Positions 24,688 to 34,942 of a DNA stretch of 34,942 bases are shown piece after piece. The first letter of the stretch is position 1, and every line of letters starts with the position of its first letter. The notes beneath the pieces are model-generated. The model saw only the letters and a list, made by a program, of their open reading frames with translations, was not told where the DNA came from and searched no databases. The stretch comes from Blastocystis sp. subtype 4. Taxonomy: Eukaryota. The position numbers and the translations under genes were made by a program. The stretch spans positions 1-34,942 of the forward strand of contig NW_014569458.1 in NCBI RefSeq assembly GCF_000743755.1, given 5' to 3'.

Positions 24688-26346
24688 TCAACACGATTTC
24701 CGCAGATCCTCATATGTTGCCTGATACTGTATCCTGAGAATCATCAAATAGAACAATGAAAAGATTCCAAAAGAAAACGAAGAAACGAGAACACTATGTA
24801 GATCAGGATAGCGCGAAGGAGGTGGGACTAGATAAAAAACTGATAGTCCAGCTATCCCAATGTGAACTATAAAGGATAGGAAAGAATCAAAAGATTTGTG
24901 AGATGTGAAAGGAATGATGGATTTGGTGCTGAGACAGAAATAGAAAATGATTGTATATGCTACTGCAGGTAGAAGTGTTCCATCTTTGATGTACAGTGGG
25001 ATCATTGAGAACGAAGCAGCAAGCTCAAAGAAAGACTTGATTGAACGATTCTGATCATTGTCGACAAGAAGCAATAATGGGATGAGAGGAAAGAGAATCG
25101 TCTTTTCATGAACTATATTTGAAAGCAATAGAGAAACCTACCATGATAAGAAAACAAAAAGAAGCCAATTGAGCATTCGAACAGACAATACAAAACACAT
25201 TCCAGATCAGCATGCTTAGTAAGCATGTAGAGCGAAGGGATAATCGAAATGATTGTTCCGATGAGACAGAGGTTTTTCATTTGATTGAACGAGAAGTGTG
25301 AATTGAGTTTGACCACGTTATTGAGAGTACACCAGAAGGAAGCCACTTTGTCCTCAAAGAGCCAACGATTCCAAGGAAACATACGCGTGATTACAGCTTG
25401 TAATGATTGAAGAGGAGTGAGATTAGAAGGAAGATAAATGCAGAAAGGAAGAAAGAGGAGAGAGAAGGATACAATTACAGTAACACCAATCTTAATAAGA
25501 TGGATAAAACTCTGAATATGAGAAATAGAAAAAGAAGAAACGTGTTGCTGAATACATTTTCGAAGAAGCCAGATGAAGAAGACGAGAGAATAATAAAGGG
25601 CGATTTGTTTATATCCAATGGCCATAACAAAGAAGAACGATCCTAGACAATCCCAATCGAGTTGAACGGCAGTAATAGCAAGAATCACAAATCCAAGGCA
25701 GACAGAATTGTATTGAAAATGAGCATGATCAATCAGAAGCAAAGAAGGGGAAAGAAGAAGACTCAGGAGAATCTACATAAACAAGTCTTGAATGATATGA
25801 ACTTGGATTTGCGATTCTCTTGAATGGTTTTTAAGGAGGAGTGTGACGAAAAGAATGCATGAAGGAATGAAAACAATAAGATCAGAAAGAATAACAGATA
25901 ATCGCATAAGAAGCTACACATTCAACTCATGAAGAATGCTTACAATAGATTGATCAGTCTCAATTCCTCGACTTGAGTGCAATGCCACTATCGAAGGGAA
26001 GAAATGATCCACAATCGAACCCATCAGATACTCATGAAAGGCAGTCAATGGAGGATAATCTAAACCCCAATACTGAAGATCATTATCCTGAGTATTCCGA
26101 TACCTAGGATGAATAACAAGAACAGCTCCAACCAATCATATCGGGGCAAATGAACAGTAATCTCCATCCAATGCCGTTGTGCTTCCATATCTCCAAACAT
26201 TGGTGGTTTTGCATGTCCTAATATGAATTAAGATGCAGTATCCTACCGGAAAAGCTGTTCAAGGAGATGAGATAACGGATCGTAATACTAATAAGAACGA
26301 TAACCACGATATCCGTTTTTGTGATTCCTGCTTCCTTCTTTTGCAT
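24688..26346 (-). CDS. ALG6: Dolichyl-P-Glc:Man9GlcNAc2-PP-dolichol alpha-1,3-glucosyltransferase
   Basis: [83 protein letters not shown]. Confidence 0.95.
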
Positions 26347-26416
26347 ACTATAAGGAAATAGCCATGAATCTCTCTTTTAATATCTTATATAGTATATGGA
26401 AAGGAAGCAAACAGAT

Positions 26417-26489
26417 GCCTCAATAGCTCAGTCGGTAGAGCACTCGCTTAGTAAGCGAAAGGTCGGGAGTTCGATCCTCCCTTGAGGCT
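26417..26489 (+). tRNA. tRNA-Thr(AGT)
   Basis: Acceptor stem GCCTCAA/TTGAGGC, A box TAGCTCAGTCGG, anticodon loop TT-AGT-AA (AGT 26450-26452), T loop GTTCGATC, followed by a T-run Pol III terminator. Confidence 0.97.
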
Positions 26490-26499
26490 TTTTTTATCA

Positions 26500-28062
26500 A
26501 TGGATTCTTATCTGGGTGTTGATTTTGGAACGGTGAATACTGTTGTTGTTTATTCAAGAAATGGGGTTCCTACATCACTTGATTTTGAATCTGGTTCGAA
26601 ATGTTTGAAAACTGTTGTAGGGGTTGGAAAGAGTCTCATTTTTGGAAATAATGCATATTGCGTATATAGTAATAGTGTTTTATCGTATATGAAGTTGTTG
26701 ATTGGGAGAAATCTGAATGATTTACGAATAAACAAACTCAGTATAGATAAGTTTGGTGTGAAACTTGTTGATGGGGAGAAGGAAGTGTCTGTGTCAGTCA
26801 CAACTGGTGATGGAAATACGTATCAATATTCAATTTCTACAATTGTGAAAGAACTATTTATTTTTATTAGACAAGAAGCGCAAAAGAGAATAGGTCAGAA
26901 GATAACCAAGGTAGTAGTTTCAGTTCCTGCATGTTTCAATACGAAACAACGGAGTATTCTTGTTGATGCAGTAAAGGAAGCTGGGTTGGAAGAAGTGCGG
27001 ATTCTGAGTGAACCAACCGCTTCTGCTCTTTCCTATATTAAGGATCATAATATATTGAGTGAGAAGACTATATTGGTGTATGATTTCGGTGGAACATTTG
27101 CTGTGAATGTGGTGAAGGTTCGGGATGGAAACAGTTTAACTATTCTCGCTACTAGTGGAGACTTCAATATTGGAGGAGACAACTTTGATCACCTACTAGC
27201 TTCTCTGATCATAAAAAAGTTTAAAGCAAAATACAAAGAGGTAAAGTTTAAATCACTGGATCAAACACGTTTCTATCACAGATTTCTCAACAATGTTAAA
27301 TTGATCAAAGAAAGTGATGGTGGTGAAATAAGTCTCGATGATATCATTGATGATGATTCTGATGATTCCGAAGATGATGATACAGTTGTATATGACTCGA
27401 TCTCGATCACTAGAGATAACATCAAATCAATTGTGAAATCAAAGGTCGATGAGACTCTCAGTATTACGAAAGCAACCCTTCTTCTCGCCTTTCCTGGTAT
27501 CGATATCTCTGAAGCACTGAATAGAGTTGATATTGTGCTTCCTGTTGGAGGATCCAGTAGTCTTGCCTATGTTCATGAGTCCTTGAAAACGGTATTTGGT
27601 GAACGAGTCGTTGATGTACCCAATCCAAAGGTTATTTGTGCACTTGGTTGTGCTGAACTTGCCAGAGGTGCTGATGTAACTGAAGTTAATGAAGTTACAG
27701 TCTATGACTATGGATTTCGATGTAGCAAAGACCACTTCGCCGTTCTGATTCCAAAAGGTACACCTCTTCCTCTAGATCATCCTTATCGGATGCAGTTTTC
27801 TACCAAATCACCTCAACAAGAAGTTGTGACTACATATATCTATGAGGGAGATAGTACAAAGTCTCAAGTCGTAACTGAGATGAAAAGGTCGGACCCGATT
27901 ACGTTTCATGTTCCAAAGCGTCGGAGGAACCGTATATCTGTATTCACAATGGAGATGATGATAGACATTAATGGCAGTTTCAGTATTCGTGTTTTGTCAT
28001 ACCCAAAGAATGAGCTAATCAAAGAATTCAAACTGTGGATGAAACACTGTTATGTTTGTTGA
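26500..28062 (+). CDS. Divergent intronless Hsp70-like protein (ATPase domain plus beta substrate domain, no lid/EEVD)
   Basis: LGVDFGTVNT, VVSVPACFNTKQR, ILSEPTASAL, VYDFGGTF, TSGDFNIGGDNFD, VGGSS, LIPKGTPLP. ATG at 26500; probable real end 28048 (poly(A)-created stop). Confidence 0.85.
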   Translation: MDSYLGVDFGTVNTVVVYSRNGVPTSLDFESGSKCLKTVVGVGKSLIFGNNAYCVYSNSVLSYMKLLIGRNLNDLRINKLSIDKFGVKLVDGEKEVSVSVTTGDGNTYQYSISTIVKELFIFIRQEAQKRIGQKITKVVVSVPACFNTKQRSILVDAVKEAGLEEVRILSEPTASALSYIKDHNILSEKTILVYDFGGTFAVNVVKVRDGNSLTILATSGDFNIGGDNFDHLLASLIIKKFKAKYKEVKFKSLDQTRFYHRFLNNVKLIKESDGGEISLDDIIDDDSDDSEDDDTVVYDSISITRDNIKSIVKSKVDETLSITKATLLLAFPGIDISEALNRVDIVLPVGGSSSLAYVHESLKTVFGERVVDVPNPKVICALGCAELARGADVTEVNEVTVYDYGFRCSKDHFAVLIPKGTPLPLDHPYRMQFSTKSPQQEVVTTYIYEGDSTKSQVVTEMKRSDPITFHVPKRRRNRISVFTMEMMIDINGSFSIRVLSYPKNELIKEFKLWMKHCYVC

Positions 28063-28213
28063 GTGATATGACGACTTACACGAATCATGTAGAACCGCGG
28101 TTTTTTCGAATCCTTTGATTTGAAACAGCGTTATCTCAACACATTTTGTGCTAACTTGTAAAGATTCGTGCATTAAAGAGTTATACTTTAGTTTCAGAAT
28201 CGGATATAACAAA

Positions 28214-29201
28214 ATGGAGAGTAATTCATCGGTGAACCAAATGGAGGTAGCCTCTTCCTCTGTTACTGAGACTCCTGCACCTGTGTACAGTGTGGAATTG
28301 GTAAGGGATGTAATAGAGAGCCTAGCGCTGTGGCTGTTCCCACTTCCACTCCTGAAGTAGTTACTTCTGAAGGTGTTCCCATGAAGGAGCCGGAGGTGAA
28401 AGGAACGGAAGAGACAACAGAGAAACAGACTGAGGAGGTAGGATTGTAGTGTTAGGTATCCGAGGATCTAGAATCCCGAGGATGCTGGAAATGACCAGGA
28501 GGAAGAGGAAGAGGAGGAAGAGGAAGAGGAGGAAGAAGAGATGCTAAATGATGATGATGAAGAGTGGACGTCAGATGAAGAACCTGTAGCATGATTGTGA
28601 AGGTGAATTAATTATAGAAGACAAAAAAGAGAGGCAGAAGATCAATGGATTCAGAAAGCGACGATGATGAGGAGTTCGGACACCCGAAGAAGAGAAAGGT
28701 CATGATCCAAAAGAAGCCCATTCGAAGACGCAATGTAACTGCCAACGAACCTGCTGGAATGAAGGCACTTCGTCAATATACATCCGCATTGCGACTTGGG
28801 TTTTAGAAATAAAGTACATTAATGTGTAGTCCTCGTTGCTTCCGTAATCTGAACAACATTGCCAATGTCAAGGATCGAGAGGAAGAGCTAATCAACCGTC
28901 TTCATGAGTGTGGGCGTGAATGGGAAGGTGAATATCCTTCTCCGAATGAAGTATGTTTGTGTAGCGTGTTTGAGTGTAGATTGAATTGGCTAAGGAGGAA
29001 ACCCGTGAAAAGAAGGCTGAGAAGGCAAGAGAGTATATTCTGGATGAGGATCTCACTGGTGTGCGTACAGCAAGAAAAGCTGCTCAGAAAGCTCGTGACT
29101 TTGTAAAGACTTTGGGGGAAGAGGAATCGGATGAAGAGAACCCATTGGATGAGGATGCCGATGTCACAGGAATTGAAGAGGATGCTAGAGACGATGAGTA
29201 A
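28214..29201 (+). CDS. Acidic nuclear protein with HIRIP3/CHZ-like histone chaperone segment
   Basis: Poly-Glu tract, basic NLS-like patches (KTKKRGRR, PKKRK), then MKALRQYTSALRLG|PRCFRNL...ELINRLHECG...PSPNE|IELAKEE. Five ~30-nt introns. Family call by eye. Confidence 0.6.
28498..28540 (+). repeat. (GAG/GAA)n coding low-complexity repeat, poly-Glu
   Basis: Pure-purine tract ...GAGGAAGAGGAAGAGGAGGAAGAGGAAGAGGAGGAAGAAGAG within the acidic exon. Confidence 0.9.
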
Positions 29202-29299
29202 CTGCAAGTGATGGGAATGTTGGTATGTGTATTGTAGTCCTATATTTTGCGTTACAAACAATAAGCGAAGCAAACATATAGAAATGAAACGTCGACACG

Positions 29300-29844
29300 T
29301 TACTCTTTAGCGGAAAGAATATGTTCCCTGAGTTCGCCTTCGCCGCGGTGATAAACAAGAGACGCATGATAAACTTCACGGAGTTTCTGTTTGCTTAGTT
29401 TCGTTGTATTACAAATCCAATAAGAACGGGGGACAACATAATGATATCCAGATTGGGGGGGCAATTGTGTTTTTGGTCGTTTCAATTCCCTTCGGGGATC
29501 TGGATAGTGAGAAAAGTCTTCTGATAAACAGAACGAGGTAGTAGAATCAAAAGTAGGTCGACCCGATTCTGATGCCGACTTGGACTGAGCAAGACTATCC
29601 AAGGACTCAAAAGAACTGTTGCTTCTTTTCAGAGAAAGTTCTGGAGAAAAGGAACCACTGCTAGATTCAGAACCTATAGATCATGAATTAAGTGAAAACA
29701 ATAACGGGTTGCATTCAGGTACCTACAATTTCCGCAAATTGGAGAAAATTGATTCACAATTGGGTCAAAGAAGAAACTCAACTGAAAAGTGCCTCCACAA
29801 CTACTACATATGTAGAGGGAGCAACTTTGATGGTTTACAGACAT
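29300..29844 (-). CDS. Hypothetical protein with N-terminal CxxC...CxxC zinc ribbon and Ser-rich region
   Basis: MSVNHQSCSLYICSSCGGTFQLSFFFDPIVNQFSPICGNCRYLNATR|SESSSGSFSPEL... One 32-nt GT-AG intron joins to ORF 29300-29602. Confidence 0.65.
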
Positions 29845-30045
29845 ATAGAGCTAATAATATCAGATATAATAACGAATGATATCATTGACATGTTAATGAC
29901 TTATTATTGGTGCGCCAATCAGATCACACACAATTGTTATGAGCGAATGTCATCGTTCCATAATCACACAATCTGTAATTTCTTCTTCATATTCACTGCA
30001 TTGTAAGATCTCAAATAAGGAATACTGAAACAGTCCTTTCACAGA

Positions 30046-31070
30046 ATGAAATTCAGAATGCCGAAGCAGCTAGTCTTTGGATGGACTCTTTCGATGTTTA
30101 TGATAGTAGCAACATATTACATTGAAACCATCCCTCCCAAGTTCACTGAATTCTTTGAGGGTGATATTGCACTCTCCTATTCTGTTCATGATACTGTTCC
30201 GTATAGAGTGTCACTTTTGTTGAATTATGGATTAGATACAAATATGTCATCATTTCATGTTTCGTTATTCCTGTAATTATATGTTCCCTATTTATAGTTA
30301 TTTGTAATCCAAAGGATGCTCCTGTGGTGAGGATTTGGTGTGTTTAGTGAAACTGTAGTGGATTCACGATCTAGTATTTGTTTCAGTTCGATCATATGCC
30401 TTTGATGAAATTGTGGTTGTGCTCCTTAAGAATTTCATAGGTCGACCTCGACCTTGTTTCTTTCAACTCTGTCAGTATGAAAATACCACATCAATTCTTC
30501 CTTCGGGAGATATACGAGTTACCTTTGGGAACTTTGGTGTCATGGGAGATGTAAGAAAATGTCGTGGAACTGTAGAACACTGATGATAACGATAACACGT
30601 AGAAGGAAAGCATTTACAATGCCTTTCGATCGTTTCCTTCAGGTCATTCTGCTACTTCTGTGAATGGTTTATTGACCGTATTACAATTTCTTTACAGGTT
30701 TATTGACACGACATTCTCATTAAAGCAGTATCAGGTCCGATTGTTAAAGGGATTTCTGTCCATCCCTTTTATTGCCTGGGTCGGTTTTATTCTTGGTAGT
30801 CGAATTGTGGTTATCTGTAGTTGCATTCATCTGTAGTTTGACTATCGTCATCGTCCTGAAGATGTGATTGGTGGTATGGTAATTGGATCTCTCTCTTCTG
30901 TCTTTATTATGAAGCTCTTCCACCCATTTGTTTCGAATTCTAGGCGAATTGTCAATGATCTCAAGAACAAGGGAGCGCCGTATACTTGGAGTCGTTTCTT
31001 TTCAGATACTTCAGAGTCCATTGTGAATGTGTACTCTCCAGTTTCTAAACCAGAGTCAGCTATTGTTTAA
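30046..31070 (+). CDS. PAP2-family lipid phosphate phosphatase
   Basis: All three motifs intact after splicing: KNFIGRPRP, RSFPSGHS, SRI|FDYRHRPED. Confidence 0.92.
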
Positions 31071-31074
31071 TGAT

Positions 31075-31082
31075 TGTTTGTT
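31075..31082 (+). terminator. TGTTTGTT polyadenylation-positioning element (representative copy)
   Basis: Exactly 4 nt after the PAP2 stop TAA. Other exact copies at 2749-2760 (+), 12087-12094 (+), 14092-14099 (-), 28053-28060 (+) and 32239-32246 (+), all at gene 3' ends. Confidence 0.85.
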
Positions 31083-31086
31083 GTGA

Positions 31087-32234
31087 ATGATGTTTGCTTT
31101 TCGTTTTATTATCTTTGTTGTCTGATCTGTAGGGAAAAGGGCTTTCTATTGTTTGCAGCAGCTCCATGGCGGATTGCAACCAGAGTTCTTTAGCCCTGCT
31201 TCCAAGATTGTTTATCGATGTTTTTCCATTGAAAGACAGGAAACACTGGTTGTAGGGGTGATATGACTGTTGAATAAATAGAAACCTTCTCCGAATTCTA
31301 GACCCAATGTCCAGAATTATAAAAGATGTGACAATTCTTCAACGAGGTAATGGATGTAGATTCTTCTAAAGAGGCTAAATTGAATGACAGTGAAGATAGT
31401 AAATTGAATCAAACGGAAAACAGTTCATTAAACCCTGCTATGAGTATGTACTATTTAAGATCATTTCCAAAACGGGATCGTTTGATTTATGTAAGTGTAT
31501 AATAAGTAGGGCCAGCTAATTTTGTTATTGAACTCACAATATCTCCTTCACCTACCAAACCAGTAGAGAATTCCAGTTATAATCAAATTGTATTTGTATT
31601 TGTGATGGTTAACTATAAGACCGATGCACTTTGTTGTATGAGGAATCTAAAAGCGTCCATACCAATTCATCATCTTCCTATCTACCTTCAGTACTTTGGA
31701 ATTCACACGTTCATACTGGTTTCCATGCTCACAGATAGAACTGAGTTGACTATTGAACAATACATTAGCAAGTGGTATCAACACTCACCGTTGTTTTCTT
31801 ACAATGGAAATACTATCACCTTTTCTCCTCGGCAGTATGTAGCACGATATATACCAATCTCTCTACGTATTGATGTGGTTGTTATATCATCATAGAAAAG
31901 CATCTGGTTCTTTTTGGACTTTCTGATATGATTTCGAAGGATTCGCCTAGTTCGTTTACAGAAGTAAGAGATGAATGGACAATTCAGAGTAGACGATGGA
32001 GCGATTGAAGTCTATGTGGGACCAAGATTTCAAAAGTCGAAGTACAAAGATTCAAGACGTGTGCATGCATCTAATGCATTCATCGCCTTCAGTATTTGCT
32101 ACCATTAGTTCAAATGTTATTGTTGATAGTTTGCTGGGCTCTAGTTATTCCGTAAATAATGTGTGAAGTGATTATCAATAGGAAGAGAATCGTTTGCTTG
32201 TTGAAAAGACATGGAATCGGGTTAAACGAATGTA
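31087..32234 (+). CDS. Hypothetical protein, possibly organelle-targeted; stop probably completed by polyadenylation
   Basis: MMFAFR|KRAFYCLQQLHGG...IVYRCFS. Chain of ~30-nt GT-AG introns (31103-31132, 31252-31281 etc.); one junction near 31310-31390 is ambiguous. Ends EENRLLVEKTWNRVKRM-TA, then 4 nt and TGTTTGTT. Confidence 0.55.
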
Positions 32235-32315
32235 TCTGTGTTTGTTTGACAACGTTTATTGATTCATATTCTCCATTCATTCTCAAGTAGTCATAAGAGA
32301 ATAAGAAAAGAAAAA

Positions 32316-32399
32316 TGCACGCTGTGGGATTTGAACCCACGAGTACTCCTGTACAGTAGAACTTGAGTCTACCCCCTTAGACCACTCGGGCAAACGTGC
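32316..32399 (-). tRNA. tRNA-Leu(CAA)
   Basis: Reverse complement GCACGTT...AGCGTGCA; D arm GCCCGAGTGGTCTAAGGG, anticodon arm GTAGA-CTCAAGT-TCTAC, long variable arm, GGTTCAAATCC, downstream T-run. Confidence 0.97.
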
Positions 32400-32496
32400 T
32401 TCTTGTAAGACAACAACTCTATATAAAAGTTAGATTCATTAATGCAATCATTGTTATCAAAGAACCGAGTCCTTGTGTTGTCAGCAAACATGTCTG

Positions 32497-33144
32497 TTAA
32501 TACATTTGGATTATTGATTTTTTGGATGCTTTAAACTGCGCTCTTCTCTCTTTTTCTGACGTCTACTCTTGTTCTCCTCGATCTCCTAAGTATCAACAGT
32601 CTATTACAACATTACCTCTGGAGTTACATCAGGAGTGAACACCCAATCGAGTAGTTTACGAATACCCAAATACCCAAGATAGAGAGGAATCTACAAATAA
32701 ATCAACGGGACAATAATTACGATGATATAAACCCACATCCACTTTCTAGAGAATGGAAGGAAGAGAGAAACAATCAAAGATAAAATAAATATATCACCTC
32801 CGTATCTAATCATGAAACAGAGCAATGAATCCAAACCCTGTGATTGCATCTGAGAACAACATTGTTTCCATGTTCTGCATAATCCAGAAGTAGGACAATC
32901 CCTGCAGCAACGCATGGATAATATAGAGAATGGCTGTACTCCACGAGAAGTACTTTCCCTTCAAAAACAAAAGATTATACACAAAGAACCATGCCTATGA
33001 AATAATGATGTGATTTCATATCAACATTAATAGCAACAAGGAAGACACGAAGATAGAAGATGAATGTCGTATTTCCTCTCTCACGTTTCTTACTCGCCTG
33101 ATTGGCCTAAGATACATTATCAGAAGAAGAATATAAGGTACCAT
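32497..33144 (-). CDS. TMEM208: TMEM208/Snd2 (DUF788) SRP-independent targeting protein
   Basis: M|ANQASKKRERGN..., YGGDIFILSLIV, WMWVYII|IPLYLGY, and tail EENKSRRQKKERR. First coding exon is only ATG (intron 33107-33141). Confidence 0.8.
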
Positions 33145-33497
33145 TTAGTTTACAGATGAAATGCTTTTACTTCTCAATTATGGGAAGATACATCCTTTCT
33201 TCTCTAGTTTCATTATTGTTTGTGATTGGACCCTGTGTTCTGTTCTGATGGAATCATCTATGGGTTGGAATATGTTATGTAGTAAAGACTTATTATTGCA
33301 ACACAGTAGACATAGAAAAGAGATAATAGATACACTCAATACTGAATTCTTGGGGTAAATTCCGTTTTCCGTTTTGATTTAGAGCCTTTTTTCAATTAGG
33401 GACTCAGGCAGAATCATCATTTCTAGGCAACTACTGTGAGATCTTGTTAGAAATTCTTTTCGTAATATCTAATCTTTCATGTAGACACATCTGACAA

Positions 33498-34941
33498 ATG
33501 ATCAGCGCACTGCTGTTGATTGATGCCAAGGGAAAGAATATTGTGTCTCGTTATTATCGGTAGGATGTTAAGAATATATTGTTGATAAGATAGAGGAGAT
33601 GTAACGAGAGAAAGTGCTGATGCTTTCTGTACCAATGTGATTGCAAAGAAGGATACAGGTAGCAAGCCTCCAATTAGAACCACGTTCATTTATGTTCGTA
33701 ACTCTGACCACTACATTGTTGCGGTAACTAAGAAGAATGCTTCTCCTGGTAAGTATTGAATGGTGGAGAGGTGATGGAGTAGGTTTGATCTTCCACTTCT
33801 TGTTCCATTTGGTGAAGATGTTCAAGAGTTACTTTGGAGCTGATTACAAGGCTGTATGGATAGGAATGGATGGAGATAATGATTAGGATAATCTACGTGA
33901 CAAGTTCTCTGTGGTATATGAGATTTTCGATGGTAGAGTTGGTGTGTGTAGTTGATAGATAGAGGTGCTGGACTATGGATATCCCCAGAACAGTGATATT
34001 ACGCTGATGAAGTCTCTGATTCGTCTGGGTAAGGCAACAGAGGAAGTGACAGAGGATGAGAGCACGATTACTTCTCAGATCACAGGAGCCATTGATTGGC
34101 GTCGTGAGGGTATCACGTACCGTAAGAACGAGATCTTCATCGACACACTGGAGAGTGTGAATCTGTTGATCTCCCAGACGGGTGCGGTGCTGCGTAGCGA
34201 GGTGATTGGTAAGATTGTGATGAAGTCGTATCTGACGGGTATGCCTGAGTGCCGATTCGGTCTGAACGATAAACTGCTGATCTCGAATGAGAAGAAGGCA
34301 AAGGGTGTGCGTCGTGGAAAGGGAACTGGTGTGGAGATTGATGATTGCTCCTTCCACCGTTGTGTGCGTCTGGGTCGCTTCGACCAGGATCGTACGATCA
34401 CCTTCATTCCTCCTGATGGTGAGTTCGAGTTGATGAAGTATCGTGTGACAGAGAATATCAACCTGCCATTCCGAATCCTGCCAGTGTATGAGGAGATCAG
34501 TGGAACGACTCTGAAGATCAACATCAAGCTGATTGCGAACTTCAGCAAGCAGGTGGCTGCACAGAATGTGGAGTTGAAGATCCCTGTGCCACCTAACACA
34601 GCCAATGTGATGCCAAAGGTGGCTTCGGGTACAGCCACCTACAACTCGGCTGATCAGACCATCGACTGGGTACTGCGTAAGCTGACTGGAGGCATGGAAG
34701 TCACTTTCTCAGGTATGTGTGTGAGAGTGAGGATTGAGTCGTAGCGGAAGTGAAGATGCTGAAGATGACTCAGGAGAAGGTGTGGATCAAGCCGCCAATC
34801 AATGTGATCTTTGCTGTTCCTTCCTTCACCTCCTCTGGTCTTCATGTGCGTTTCTTAAAGGTGTACGAGAAGTCTTCCTATCAAACCACCAAGTGGGTGC
34901 GTTACATGACCCGTTCTGGAGATTATCAGATTCGTCTGTAA
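33498..34941 (+). CDS. AP2M1: AP-2 adaptor complex mu subunit
   Basis: MISALLLIDAKG...SRYYR, VYEIFDEVLDYGYPQN, IDWRREGITYRKNEIFID, GMPECRFGLND, FIPPDGEFELMKYR, KWVRYMTRSGDYQIRL*. Five short introns. Confidence 0.93.
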
Positions 34942-34942
34942 G

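Noticed and set aside
29920..29980. Hairpin CAGAT...TTATGAGCGA/TCGTTCCATAA...ATCTG in a divergent intergenic gap (similar small hairpins at 8565-8630 and 33230-33315)
   Set aside because: Short imperfect stems in AT-rich DNA with no box motifs; indistinguishable from chance without comparative data.
31135..31200. AAAAGGGCTTTCT resembles the 5' end of U11 snRNA and sits in an AGGGCT/AGCCCT hairpin
   Set aside because: No Sm site or other U11 features downstream. The segment lies between two well-formed 30-nt introns, so it is better explained as an exon.
31060..31340. Long stop-free frame on the minus strand overlapping the PAP2 3' end
   Set aside because: Intron signals and the terminal poly(A) motif all fit a plus-strand gene; there is no minus-strand 3' motif.
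31305..31392. Possible frameshift in the unknown gene
   Set aside because: A 44-nt AG|GTAATG...ACAG intron or a 38-nt alternative restores the frame, so no lesion is required.
33893..34638. Long antisense ORFs opposite AP2M1 (also 8680-9204, 779-1246, 11342-11776)
   Set aside because: Shadows of codon-biased sense genes with no recognisable motifs.

Overview
Gene-dense eukaryotic nuclear DNA, very likely Blastocystis (stramenopile gut protist). This is inferred from dozens of ~28-35 nt spliceosomal introns (mode 30 nt), very short intergenic gaps and TGTTTGTT elements right at gene 3' ends. Manual splicing gives about 21 protein genes and two tRNAs. In order: ACC-synthase-like aminotransferase (5'-partial), NDR kinase, Siw14/OCA-type phosphatase-like, six-BRCT protein, possible Dam1-like protein, membrane protein, complex I B14.5b/NDUFC2, DDX6, GDP-fucose transporter, C1D, WS/DGAT-like, Exo70, a large BEACH protein, a small organelle-targeted membrane protein, ALG6, tRNA-Thr(AGT), an intronless divergent Hsp70, a HIRIP3/CHZ-like protein, a Zn-ribbon protein, PAP2 lipid phosphatase, an unknown gene, tRNA-Leu(CAA), TMEM208/Snd2 and AP-2 mu. 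No CRISPR, rRNA or transposon was seen. Most interesting signals: two independent candidate GA-AG introns in the same AG|GAA context; a 40-nt U12-type intron with AT-AG ends; several stop codons apparently created by polyadenylation; a back-to-back pair of poly(A) motifs; an intronless lidless Hsp70 starting 10 nt after a tRNA; two probable pseudo-enzymes; and short unexplained deletions in conserved genes. All gene models are manual inferences, with no database searches or RNA data.
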